Both the position numbers and the translations under genes were made by a program. Shown piece by piece: positions 1 through 14,506 of a DNA stretch of 64,000 nucleotides; position 1 is the first letter of the stretch, and every line of letters starts with the position of its first letter. Origin of the DNA: Mobula hypostoma (lineage: Eukaryota); the NCBI RefSeq assembly GCF_963921235.1, contig NC_086108.1, positions 115,880,001 through 115,944,000 of the forward strand, written 5' to 3'. The notes beneath the pieces are model-generated. The model was given only the letters and a program-made list of their open reading frames with translations, was not told the origin of the DNA and made no database searches.

Positions 1-3000
1 GGCAGATATACACACACATCAATACACACACACACATGCAGATATACACACACACATCAATACGCAAACACACACATGCAGATATACACACACATCAATA
101 CACACACACATGCAGATATACACCCACACATCAATACACACACACACACATGCAGATATACACACACACATCAATTCACACACACACATACAGATATACA
201 CACACACACATGCAGATACACACACACACATCAATACACACACACACATGCAGATATACACACACACATTAATACACACACACAGGCAGATATACACACA
301 CAGGCAGATATACACACACAGGCAGATATACACACACGCATCAATACACGCACACACACACGCAGATATACATACACACACATGCAGATATATACACACA
401 CATGGAGATATACACACACACATGCAGATTTCCACACAAACATCAATACACACACACACACACATGCATATATACACACACATGCAGATATACACACACA
501 CATCAATACACACACACACACACATGCAGATATACACACACACACATGCAGATCTACACACACATGCAGATATATACACACACATCAATACACACACATG
601 CAGATATACACACACACATGTAGATATACACACACATCAATACACACACACACACATACATGCAGATATACACACGCACATCAATACATGCACACACATG
701 CAGATATACACACAGATCAATTCACACACACACATGCAGATATACACACACAGATCAATACACACACATGCAGGTATACACACACACATCAATACACACA
801 CACACACACACACACACATGAAGATATACACACACATCAATACACACACACATGCAGATGTACACACACACATCAATACACACACACACACATACACAGG
901 CAGATATACACACAGACATCAATACACACACACACACACACACACATGCAGATATACACACACACATCAATACGCAAACACACACATGCAGATATACACA
1001 CACATCAATACACACACACATGCAGATATACACCCACACATCAATACACACACACACACATGCAGATATACACACACACATCAATTCACACACACACATA
1101 CAGATATACACACACACACATGCAGATACACACACACACATCAATACACACACACACACATGCAGATATACACACACACATTAATACACACACACAGGCA
1201 GATATACACACACGCATCAATACACGCACACACACACGCAGATATACATACACACACATGCAGATATATACACACACATGGAGATATACACACACACATC
1301 AATACACACACACATGCAGATTTCCACACAAACATCAATACACACACACACACACATGCATATATACACACACACATGCAGATATACACACACACATCAA
1401 TACACACACACACACACATGCAGATATACACACACACACATGCAGATCTACACACACATGCAGATATATACACACACATCAATACACACACATGCAGATA
1501 TACACACACACATGTAGATATACACACACATCAATACACACACACACACATACATGCAGATATACACACGCACATCAATACATGCACACACATGCAGATA
1601 TACACACACATCAATACACACACACACATGCAGATATACACACACACATCAATACACACACATGCAGGTATACACACACATCAATACACACACACACACA
1701 CACATGCAGATATACACACACATCAATACACACACACATGCAGATGTACACACACACACATCAATACACACACACACACACATACACATGCAGATATACA
1801 CACAGACATCAATACACACACACACACACACACACATGCAGATATACACACACACATCAATACGCAAACACACACATGCAGATATACACACACATCAATA
1901 CACACACACATGCAGATATACACCCACACATCAATACACACACACACATGCAGATATACACACACACATCAATTCACACACACACATACAGATATACACA
2001 CACACACATGCAGATACACACACACACATCAATACACACACACACATGCAGATATACACACACACATTAATACACACACACAGGCAGATATACACACACA
2101 CAGGCAGATATACACACACGCATCAATACACGCACACACACATGCAGATATACATATGCACACATGCAGGTATATACACACACATGGAGATATACACACA
2201 CACATCAATACACACACACATGCAGATTTCCACACACACATCAATACACACACACACACATACATGCAGATATACACACGCACATCAATACATGCACACA
2301 CATGCAGATATACACACACATCAATACACACACACACATGCAGATATACACACACACATCAATACACACACATGCAGGTATACACACACATCAATACACA
2401 CACACACACACACATGCAGATATACACACACATCAATACACACACACATGCAGATGTACACACACACACATCAATACACACACACACACACATACACAGG
2501 CAGATATACACACAGACATCAATACACACACACACACACACACATGCAGATATACACACACACATCAATACGCAAACACACACATGCAGATATACACACA
2601 CATCAATACACACACACATGCAGATATACACCCACACATCAATACACACACACACATGCAGATATACACACACACATCAATTCACACACACACATACAGA
2701 TATACACACACACACATGCAGATACACACACACACATCAATACACACACACACATGCAGATATACACACACACATTAATACACACACACAGGCAGATATA
2801 CACACACACAGGCAGATATACACACACGCATCAATACACGCACACACACATGCAGATATACATATGCACACATGCAGGTATATACACACACATGGAGATA
2901 TACACACACACATCAATACACACACACATGCAGATTTCCACACACACATCAATACACACACACTGATGCAGATATACACACACACACAGGCAGATATACA

Positions 3001-6000
3001 CACACATCAACACACACACACACACACAGGCAAATATACACACACATATCAATACACACACACATGCAGATATACACACACATCAATACACATACACACA
3101 CAGGCAGATGTATACACACACATCAATACACACACACACATGCAGATATACACACACATATCCATACACACACACATGCAGATATACACACACACACATC
3201 AATACACACACAGACATGCAGATATACACACACGCATCAATACACACACACACAGGCAGATGTACACACAAATCAATACACACACACACACAGGCAGATA
3301 TACACACACACACATGAATACACACACACACACATGCAGATACACACACACACATCAATACACACACACATGCAGATATACACACACACACATCAATACA
3401 CACACACACAGGCAGATGTACACACAAATCAATACACACACACAGGCAGATATACACACACACACATGAATACACACACACACACATGCAGATATACACA
3501 CACACATCAATACACACACACATGCAGATATACACACACATGAATACACACACACATGCAGATATACACACACACATCAATACACACACACACAGGCAGA
3601 TATACACACACATCAATACACACACACACATGCAGATATACACACACACATCAATACGCAAACACACACATGCAGATATACACACACATCAATACACACA
3701 CACATGCAGATATACACCCACACATCAATACACACACACACACATGCAGATATACACACACACATCAATTCACACACACACATACAGATATACACACACA
3801 CACATGCAGATACACACAGACACATCAATACACACACACACATGCAGATATACACACACACATTAATACACACACACAGGCAGATATACACACACAGGCA
3901 GATATACACACACAGGCAGATATACACACACGCATCAATACACGCACACACACACGCAGATATACATACACACATGCAGATATATACACACACATGGAGA
4001 TATACACACACACACATGCAGATTTCCACACAAACATCAATACACACACACACACACACATGCATATATACACACACACATGCAGATATACACACACACA
4101 CATCAATACACACACACACACACATGCAGATATACACACACACACATGCAGATCTACACACACATGCAGATATATACACACACATCAATACACACACATG
4201 CAGATATACACACACACATGTAGATATACACACACATCAATACACACACACACACATACATGCAGATATACACACGCACATCAATACATGCACACACATG
4301 CAGATATACACACACATCAATACACACACACACATGCAGATATACACACACACATCAATACACACACATGCAGGTATACACACACACATCAATACACACA
4401 CACACACACACACATGCAGATATACACACACATCAATACACACACACATGCAGATGTACACACACACATCAATACACACACACACACATACACAGGCAGA
4501 TATACACACAGACATCAATACACACACACACACACACATGCAGATATACACACACACATCAATACGCAAACACACACATGCAGATATACACACACATCAA
4601 TACACACACACATGCAGATATACACCCACACATCAATACACACACACACACATGCAGATATACACACACACATCAATTCACACACACACATACAGATATA
4701 CACACACACACATGCAGATACACACACACACATCAATACACACACACACATGCAGATATACACACACACATTAATACACACACACAGGCAGATATACACA
4801 CACGCATCAATACACGCACACACACATGCAGATATACATACGCACACATGCAGGTATATACACACACATGGAGATATACACACACACATCAATACACACA
4901 CACATGCAGATTTCCACACACACATCAATACACACACACTGATGCAGATATACACACACACACAGGCAGATATACACACACATCAACACACACACACACA
5001 CAGGCAAATATACACACACATATCAATGCACACACACATGCAGATATACACACACATCAATACACATACACACACAGGCAGATGTATACACACACATCAA
5101 TACACACACACACATGCAGATATACACACACATATCCATACACACACACACACACACACACACACAGAGGCAGATATATACACACACACATGAATACACA
5201 CACACACACATGCAGATATACACACACACATCAATACACACACACATGCAGATATACACACACACACATCAATACACACACACAGACATGCAGATATACA
5301 CACACGCATCAATACACACACACACAGGCAGATGTACACACAAATTAATACACACACACACACACACACAGGCAGATATACACACACACACATGAATACA
5401 CACACACACACATGCAGATATACACACACACATCAATACACACACACACATGCAGATATACACACACATGAATACACACACACATGCAGATATACACACA
5501 CACATCAATACACACACACACAGGCAGATATACACACACATCAGTACACACACACACATGCAGATATACACACACACATGGAGATATACACACACACATC
5601 AATACACACACACATGCAGATTTCCACACAAACATCAATACACACACACACACATGCATATATACACACACACATGCAGATATACACACACACATCAATA
5701 CACACACACACACACACACATGCAGGTATACACACACACACATGCAGATCTACACACACATGCAGATATACACACACATCAATACACACACATGCAGATA
5801 TACACACACATGTAGATATACACACACATCAATACACACACACACACACACATGCAGATATACACACGCACATCAATACATGCACACACATGCAGATATA
5901 CACACACATCAATACACACACACACATGCAGATATACACACACACATCAATACACACACATGCAGGTATACACACACACATCAATACACACACATGCAGA

Positions 6001-6657
6001 TATACACACACATCAATACACACGCACATGCAGATGTACACACACATCAATACACACACACACACATACACAGGCAGATATACACACAGACATCAATACA
6101 CACACACACACACACAGGCAGATATACACACACACGAATACACACACACTCATGCAGATATACACACACACATCAATACACACACACACATGCAGATATA
6201 CACACACACATCAATACACATACAGACACATGCAGATATACACACACACATCAATACACACACACACATGCAGATATACACACACATATCCACACATACA
6301 CACACACACAGGCAGATATACACACACACACACACACACACATGCAGATATACACACACACACACATGCAGATATACACACACCCATCAATGCAGACACA
6401 CACATGCAGATATATACACACAGATCAATACACAGGCACACACAGGCAGATATACACACACACATCAATACACACACACACACAGATACACACACACACA
6501 CACACACACTCAGACACAGACACGTACCTACACATAGGCATATACACACAGACGCACACACATAAATACAGATTTTGTATACACACACACACACACACAC
6601 ATACACACCACTCATAGAAACACACACACCAACACCCACATACACACACAGACACAC

Positions 6658-6704
<47 letters not shown>

Positions 6705-6852
6705 GACACACTCAGACACAAACACATACCTACACACAAGCACAGACACACAGACATGCACGCACATGCACACTCTCATGCACACAGACACCTACATACA
6801 TACGTTCAGATATAGACACACACACACACACACACACAGACACACACACACA
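1..6852. repeat. CA-rich compound minisatellite: alternating TGCAGATATA(CA)n and TCAATA(CA)n modules, decaying to plain (CA)n after ~6480
   Basis: Directly visible throughout; probably continues left of the window. Produces the spurious His/Thr and Cys/Val ORFs. Confidence 0.98.
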
Positions 6853-6929
6853 CTCACTCACTCTCGTGGTCATGGGATGAAGGAGGTGATTGCTCTACAG
6901 TGTGCTCTTGTGGATATGACCCGTTTGAG

Positions 6930-7310
6930 ATTTTATTTGTTGATTTATTTAGTGAAACTGCACAGTAACTGGCCCTTCCAGCTCATTGAGCCAACGTCGT
7001 CCATTTACACCCATCTGACCAGTTCACCCACTAACCCGTACATCTGACCAGTTAACCTATTAACCCATACATCTGACCAATTAACCCACTAACCCGTACA
7101 TCTGACCAGTTCACCCACTAACCCGTACATCTGACCAGTTAACCCACTAACCCGTACGTCTTTGGAAAACGGGAGGAAACAGGAGCACCCAGAGAAAACT
7201 GCCATGGTCACGGGGATAACGTGCAAACTCCTTACAGACAGGAGTAGTAATTGTGGGCATGTTGGTGGCATTGTATTATCACTGCGCTAACCCCTACACG
7301 AACATGCCAC
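6930..7310 (-). mobile_element. SINE, V-SINE/HE1-like, degenerate
   Basis: GGAGGAAACAGGAGCACCCAGAGAAAAC...AACGTGCAAACTCCTTACAGAC resembles the reverse complement of the V-SINE central domain; T-rich tail at the left end. Confidence 0.7.
7012..7160. repeat. 29-bp tandem repeat, 5 copies, inside the SINE
   Basis: CATCTGACCAGTT(C/A)ACCCACTAACCCGTA starts at 7012, 7041, 7070, 7099 and 7128. Confidence 0.95.
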
Positions 7311-7699
7311 CTCGTACTACCCAGATCTATAATGAAAAGTTGGCCATTTGATTACTAAGTTCATTAGTTTAGCATAACATTGTGGGCCGAAGGGCTTGTC
7401 CTGTGCTGTACTGTTCTGTGTGCTATGCTGTAATAATAATACCCCAAGTGGGAGACAGGGGAGACAGTGGGATAGAGGAAAAGATTTCAGGCTTGCTCAG
7501 AGACAAGAGCGAGAGACGGATGGTGGGAGACTGATGTGTGAATCATTTCCCAGTCTGTACAGAGCCGCATGTCATAAGCTCAAATAGAATCACAGCACCT
7601 GACAGCACGGGAGAAGTCAGCTCAGCCCATCTAGACTGTACTGTGTCTGTGATTCTCCACTGGCCTCAGTGAGCTAAAAACAACAGCAGAGCTGTTTAA

Positions 7700-7910
7700 A
7701 CGAAGAGGAGGGGAGAGAATGGAAAATGTTGATGCTGAAAGGGACCTGTGTGTCCTTGAACACCAGTTGCAGAAAGCTAATATGCAGTTTCAGCAGGCAA
7801 TTAGGAAGGTAAATGTTAAGCTGGCATTTATTATCAAAGGATTTCAGTACAAGAGGTAAGGTGTCTTATTGCAGTCACACAGGGTGGTGAGACCTCACCT
7901 GGAGTATTAT
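7700..7910 (+). mobile_element. Degenerate CR1 LINE ORF2 fragment
   Basis: Similar to the RDLGV...QQA..KAN..LAFI...VRPHLEY coding region of the other CR1 copies in the window. Confidence 0.7.
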
Positions 7911-8324
7911 CAGGCACAGAGTTATGCAGCACAGAGGTAAGTCCATCAGCCCTCCATGTCCATACTGTCCCAAGGCACCGTCTACACCAAAGTCCATTCC
8001 CCAGCCCTTGTTCCTCACCTTCTTCCCTAAGTGTCCAGATACTTGTTCAATGTTGAGAGGGTTTCTGCCCTCACCTTCCCCTTCAGGTAGTGAGTTCCAG
8101 ATTTCTAAGGATGAGAATACTGCTCCTCAGAACACAGAACAGTACAGCCCAGGACAGGCCATTTGGTCCTTGATGTTGTGCCAATCTTGATGCCAATTGA
8201 TACTATGCATCATTCATATCCATCTACTCCTTTCATAACCATGTGTCTGCTGAAACAGGTCTTAAGCTCCCCCAGAATGCCCACTAGAGAGAGTGATAGA
8301 CATAGTGATACAATAAGCCAGAGC

Positions 8325-8580
8325 AGGTGTGGAGAGGATGTTTCCTACCATGGGTGAACAGAGATGAAGAGGAATTTCTTCAGCCAGAGAGTGGTGTATT
8401 GATGGAATTCATCGCCACAAATGGCTGAGGAGATCAAGTCATTGGGTATATTTAAAGCGAAGGTTGGTAGGTTCTTGATTAGTCAAGGTGTTAAAGGTTA
8501 TGGGGAGAAGACAGAAGAATGGGGATCAGAGGGATAATAGATCAGCCATGATGGGTTAAGGGAACAGACTCAATGGGCTG
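8325..8580 (+). mobile_element. CR1 LINE 3' fragment
   Basis: AGGAATTTCTTCAGCCAGAGAGTGGTG...AAAGGTTATGGGGAGAAG...ATCAGCCATGATG, as in the other CR1 3' ends. Confidence 0.8.
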
Positions 8581-9716
8581 GAGCTGGAAAAGGCATCTAA
8601 TAAGGGTAATGACACAATTGTAATGGGGGACTTCAACACTCAAGGTGATTTGGAAAATCAGGTTGTGTCGGATCGCAAGAGAGGAAATTTGCTGAATGGC
8701 TACGAGATGGCTTTTTAGAGCAGCTTGTGCTTGAGCCTACTAGGAGAAAGGCTATCTTTCTTAGATTGGGTGCTGTGTAATGATCCAGATCTTATCAGGG
8801 AGCTTAATGTAAAAGAACCCTTAGGAGGCAGTGATCATAATATGATTGAATTCATTCTGCAATTTGAGAGGGAGAAGCATAACTCACATGTATCTGTTTT
8901 GCAATGGAATAAAGGGCATTACGGAGGCATGAGAGAGGAGCTTGCCCAGGTGGATTGGAGGAGGATACTGGCGGGGATGATGACAGAAGAAAGGTGGCTG
9001 AAGTTTCTGGGAATAGTTCACAAGGTGCAGGATAGATATGTCCCAGGAATAAGCTCTCAAATGGCAGGGGTAGGTAACTGTGGCTGACAAGAGAAGTTAA
9101 CGACTGCACAAAAGCCAAGGAAAGGGCATATAAGGTGGCAAAAATGAGTGGCAAGTTGGATGATTAGGAAGCTTTTAAAATCTAACAAAAGACAACTAAA
9201 AAAGCTACAAGAAAGGAAAAGATGAAATATGAGGGCAACTAGCCAATAATATAAAGCAGGATAACAGAAGTTTTTTTCAGTTATACGAAGAGTAGAAGGG
9301 AGGTGAGGGTTGATATTGGACCACTGAAAAATGATCCTGGGGAGGTAGTAATGGGGAACAAAGAAATGGCAGATGAAGTTAATAGGTACTTTGCATCTGT
9401 CTTCACTGTGGAAGACACTAGCAGTGTGCCAGAGGTCTGTGAGCATCAGAGAGAAGTGACTGCCACTGCTATTGCAAAGGAGAAAGTACTAGGGAAACTC
9501 AAAGGTCTGAAAGTGAATAAGTCACCTAGACTAGATGGACAGCATCCCAGAGTACTAAGAGATGTTGCTGAAGAGATCGCAGATACATTAGTCGTGATCT
9601 TTCAAGAATCACTTGACTCTGGCATGGTCCTGGAGGACTAGAAGATTGTAAATGTCACACCACTGTTTAAGAAGGGAGGAAGGCAAAAGAAAAGGAGTTA
9701 ACATAAACTCAGTGGC
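8580..9716 (+). mobile_element. 5'-truncated CR1 LINE, left part (host of the 9717-15238 insertion)
   Basis: ORF pieces EPLGGSDHNMIEF (APE end), YFASVFTVED, KSPRLDGQHPRVL; many stops and frameshifts. Confidence 0.92.
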
Positions 9717-9952
9717 TGTTGCACGGGGCGAAAGAGGAGAACCCAAGTGCAGGACATCGGCACGTCGACTGAGTTGGGGATGCTGGCGTAGACATAGATG
9801 TAGAACAGCAACCCGGAGGAATCTTAACAAGGAGACGGGATTTAAAGGGACTATCTGGAAACTAGAGCTGAACTTGGAACTAAACTGAGAACTAACGGTT
9901 CTAATCCAACAAGAGAACGAAGTATTACACGAGAATGGACCAACAAACTGGC
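9717..9952 (-). mobile_element. R-U5 segment of a chromovirus LTR related to LTR-D (63252-63644), inverted
   Basis: Collinear matches to the reverse complement of LTR-D: TGTTGCA, GAACCCAAG.GC.GGACA..GGCACG, CTT.ACA.GGAGAC, AACTAAC.GT.CT, GACCAACAAACTGGC. Confidence 0.8.
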
Positions 9953-10554
9953 TGTAACTGCTACTCAGAGCAACCCCGATGCAGAGATGGAACTGTTTGT
10001 CGTTCTTTGGTCTTTGTCTCTTCTTGCCCTCGCCTCCGTGGGGTAAGTCAGGCCGTTCTGCCATTGCCTTGTGGGGGGAGCTGTCTTGTCTTGTCCTCGC
10101 CTCCGTGGGGTAAGTCAGGCCGTTCTGCCGTTGCCCTGCAGGGGGTCCTGTCTTGTTTTGTCTTGTCTTTGCCTCTGTTGGGTAAGTCCAGCCGTTCTGC
10201 CATTACCTGACGGATGGTCCTGTCTCACCTTGGTGTGGAGAAGATGACTCCCAGCTTCTCTAGTATAAGTCCCGGCTCTATGTCTATGTACTGTCCTGTC
10301 TCATGTTGGTGTCATGTTAAAGATGAGTCCTAACTTTTTGAAGGATAAATCCCGGCTCTATGTTGATGTACAGTTCCCAGTCTGTTTCCGAGCTCCAGCC
10401 TCCGAGTTACCAGCTTCTGCAGCCTCAAGACCAAGACCCCAGCCTCAAGCCTCAAGAACAAGACATAGAAACATAGAAAATAGGTGCAAGAGTAGGCCAT
10501 TCGGCCCTTCGAGCCTGCACTGCCACTTATTATGATCATGGCTGATCATCCAAC

Positions 10555-13500
10555 TCAGAACCCTGCACCAGCCTTCCCTCCATACCCACTGATCCCCGTA
10601 GCCACAAGGGCCATATCTAACTCCCCCTTAAATATAGCCAATGAACTGGCCTCAACTGTTTCCTGTGGCAGAGAATTCCACAGATTCACTACTCTCTGTG
10701 TGAAGAAGTTTTTCCTAATCTCGGTCCTAAAAGGCTTCCCCTTTATCCTCAATCTGTGACCCCTTGTTCTGGACTTCCCCAACATTGGGAACAATCTTCC
10801 TGCATCTAGCCTGTCCAATCCCTTTAGGATTTTATACGTTTCAATCAGATCCCCCCTCAATCTTCTAAATTCCAACGAATACAAGCCTAGTTCATCCAGT
10901 CTTTCTTCATATAAAAGTCCTGCCATTCCCGGAATCAATCTGGTGAACCTTCTTTGTACTCCTTCTATGGCAAGGATGTCTTTCTCAGATTAGGGGACCA
11001 AAACTGCACACAATACTCCAGGTGTGGTCTCACCAAGGTCTTGTACAACTGCAGTAGTATTTCCCTGCTCCTGTACTCGAATCCTCTCACTATAAATGCC
11101 AGCATACCATTCGCCTTTTTCACCGCCTGCTGTACCTGCATGCCCACTTTCAATGACTGGTGTAAAATGACACCCAGGTCTCGTTGCACCTCCTCTTTTC
11201 CTAATCGGCCACCATTCAGATAATAATGTGTTTTCCTATTTTTTGCCACCAAAGTGGATAACTTCACATTTATCCACATTAAATTGCATCTGCCATGAAT
11301 TTGCCCACTCACCTAACCTATCCAAGTCACCCTGCATCCTCTTAGCATCCTCCTCACAGCTAACACTGCCGCCCAGCTTCGTGTCATCCGCAAACTTGGA
11401 GATGCTGCATTTAATTCCCTCATCCAAGTCATTAATATATATTGTAAACAACTGAGGTCCCAGCACTGAGCCTTGCGGTACCCAACTAGTCACTGCCTGC
11501 CATTCTGAAAAGGTCCCGTTTATTTCCACTCTTTGCTTCCTGTCTGCTAACCAATTCTCTATCCACATCAATACCTTACCCCCAATACCGTGTGCTTTAA
11601 GTTTGCACACTAATCTCCTGTGTGGGACCTTGTCAAAAGCTTTTTGAAAATCCAAATATACCACATCCACTGGTTCTCCCCTATCCACTCTACTAGTTAC
11701 ATCCTCAAAAAATTCTATGAGATTCTTCAGACATGATTTTCCTTTCACAAATCCATGCTGACTTTGTCCGATGATTTCACCGCATTCCAAATGTGCTGTT
11801 ATCACATCTTTGATAACTGACTCCAGCAGTTTCCCCACCACCGACGTTAGGCTAACCGGTCTATAATTCCCTGGTTTCTCTCTCCCTCCTTTTTTAAAAA
11901 GTGGGGTTACATTAGCCACCCTCCAATCCTCAAGAACTAGTCCAGAATCTAACGAGTTTTGAAAAATTATCACTAATGCATCCACTATTTCTTGGGCTAC
12001 TTCCTTAAGCACTCTGGGATGCAGACCATCTGGCCCTGGGGATTTATCTGCCTTTAATCCCTTCAATTTACCTAACACCACTTCCCTACTAACATGTATT
12101 TCGCTCAGTTCCTCCATCTCACTGGACCCTCTGTCCCCTACTATTTCTGGAAGATTATTTATGTCCTCCTTAGTGAAGACAGAAGCAAAGTAATTATTCA
12201 ATTGGTCTGCCATGTCCTTGCTCCCCATAATCAATTCACCTGTTTCTGTCTGCAGGGGACCTACATTTGTCTTTACCAGTCTTTTCCTTTTTACATATCT
12301 ATAAAAGCTTTTACAGTCAGTTTTTATGTTCCCTGCCAGTTTTCTCTCATAATCTTTTTTCCCTTTCCTAATTAAGCCCTTTGTCCTCCTCTGCTGAACT
12401 CTGAATTTCTCCCAGTCCTCAGGTGAGCCACTTTCTCTGGCTAATTTGTATGCTTCTTCTTTGGAATTGATTCTATCCCTAATTTCCCTTGTCAGCCACG
12501 GGTGCACTACCTTCCTTGATTTATTCTTTTGCCAAACTGGGATGAACAATTGTTGTAGTTCATCCATGCAATCTTTAAATGCTTGCCATTGCATATCCAC
12601 CGTCAATCCTTTAAGTGTCATTTGCCAGTCTATCTTAGCTAATTCACGTCTCATACCTTCAAAGTTACCCCTCTTTAAGTTCAGAACCTTTGTTTCTGAA
12701 CTAACTATGTCACTCTCCATCTTGATGAAGAATTCCACCATATTATGGTCACTCTTACTCAAGGGGCCTCTCACGACAAGATTGCTAATTAACCCTTCCT
12801 CATTGCTCAAAACCCAGTCCAGAATGGCCTGCTCTCTAGTTGGTTCCTCGACATGTTGGTTCAAAAAACCTTCCCGCATACATTCCAAGAAATCCTCTTC
12901 CTCAGCACCTTTACCAATTCGGTTCACCCAATCTACATGTAGATTGAAGTCACTCATTATAACTGCTGTTCCTTTATTGCACACATTTCTAATTTCCTGT
13001 TTAATACCATCCCCGACCTCACTACTACTGTTAGGTGGCCTGTACATAACTCCCACCAGCGTTTTCTGCCCCTTAGTGTTACGCAGCTCTACCCATATCG
13101 ATTCCACATCTTCCCGGATCATGTCCTTCCTTTCTATTGCGTTAATCTCATCTTTAACCAGCAACGCCACCCCACCTCCTTTTCCTTCATGTCTATCCCT
13201 CCTGAATATTGAATATCCCTGAATGTTGAGCTCCCATCCTTGGTCACCCTGGAGCCATGTCTCTGTGATCCCAACTATATCATAATCATTAATAACAATC
13301 TGCACTTTTAATTCATCCACCTTGTTACGAATGCTCCTTGCATTGACACACAAAGGCTTCAGGCGCTCTTTTACAACTCTCTTAGCCCTTATACAATTAT
13401 GTTGAAAAGTGGCCCTTTTTGATGCTTGCCCTGGATTTGTCGGCCTGCCACTTTTACTTTTCTCCTTACTACTTTTTGCTTCTACCCTCACTTTACACCC

Positions 13501-13587
13501 CTCTGTCTCTCTGCACTGGTTCCCATCCCCCTGTTGTGAACTAACCTCCTCTCGCCTAGCCTCTTTAATTTGATTCCCACCCCCCAA
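10555..13587 (-). pseudogene. CR1 ORF2 (APE endonuclease + reverse transcriptase), frameshifted near 11240 and 10965
   Basis: 783-aa open stretch with NARSIRNK, GITETWL, SDHNMV, YLDFQKAFDKVPH, PQGSVLGP, FADD; the C-terminus continues in ORFs 10965-11312 and 10555-10938. Confidence 0.93.
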
Positions 13588-13592
13588 CCATT

Positions 13593-14506
13593 CTAGTTTA
13601 AAGTCACCTCAGTAGCCCTTGCTAATCTCCAGCCAGGATATTGGTCCCTCTAGGATTCAAGTGTAACCCGTCCTTTTTGTACAGGTCATGCCTGCGCCAA
13701 AAGAGGTCCCAATGATCCAAAAACTTGAATCCCTGCCCCCTGCTCCAATCCCTCAGCCACGCATTTATCCTCCACCTCATCGCATTCCTGCTCTCACTGT
13801 CGTGTGGCACCGGAGATTATTACCTTTGCAGTCCTTTTTCTCAACTCCCCATATTCTCCTTTCAGGACCTCTTCCCTTTTCCTACCTATGTCATTGGTAC
13901 CTATATGTACCACGACCTCTGGCTCCTCACCCTCCCACTTCAGGATATCTTGAACACGATCAGAAATATCCCAGACCCTGGCACCAGGGAGGCAAACTAC
14001 CATCCGGGTCTCTGGACTGCGTCCACAGAATCGCCTATCTGACCCCCTTACTATCGAGTCCCCTATCACAACTGCCCTCCTCTTCCTTTCCCTACCCTTC
14101 TGAGCTACAGGGCCGGACTCTGTGCCGGAGGCACGGCCACTGTCACTTCCCCCAGGTAAGCTGTCCCCCCCCCAACAGTACTCAAACAGGAGTACCTATT
14201 GTCAAGGGGCACAGCCACCGGGGTACTCTCTATTACCTGACTCTTCCCCTTCCCCCTCCTAACCGTGACCCACTTGTCTGCCTCCCGTGGCCCCGGCGTG
14301 ACCACCTGCCTTCCACTCCTCTCTATCACCTCCTCGCTCTCCCTGACCAGACGAAGGTCATTGAGCTGCAGCTCCAGTACCGTAACGCGGTCCCTTAGGG
14401 GCTGCATCTCGATGCACTTGGCGCAGATGTAGACGTCCGGGAGGCTTGGAGACTCCAGGGCCTTCCACATCCGACACCGAGAGCAACAAACTGCCCTCAC
14501 ACTCAT
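13593..14506 (-). pseudogene. CR1 ORF1 (zinc finger/leucine zipper + SGNH esterase), frameshifted
   Basis: CSRC..CAKC, VTVLELQLNDL, IGDSIVRG, VHIGTNDI and DGLHLN spread over three ORFs. Confidence 0.9.

Noticed and set aside
19..6880. Very long His/Thr-rich and Cys/Val-rich ORFs (up to 1119 aa)
   Set aside because: Open in nearly all six frames because the CA repeat rarely encodes stops; variable CA run lengths do not preserve frame.
6855..6900. Possible small minus-strand exon ending at GA|GTGAGT
   Set aside because: Acceptor lacks a pyrimidine tract, the peptide is unrecognisable, and the donor-like motif is expected at the edge of a GT repeat.
12446..13222. 258-aa + strand ORF and similar antisense ORFs over CR1 copies
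   Set aside because: Shadow frames opposite LINE ORF2 with no independent motifs.
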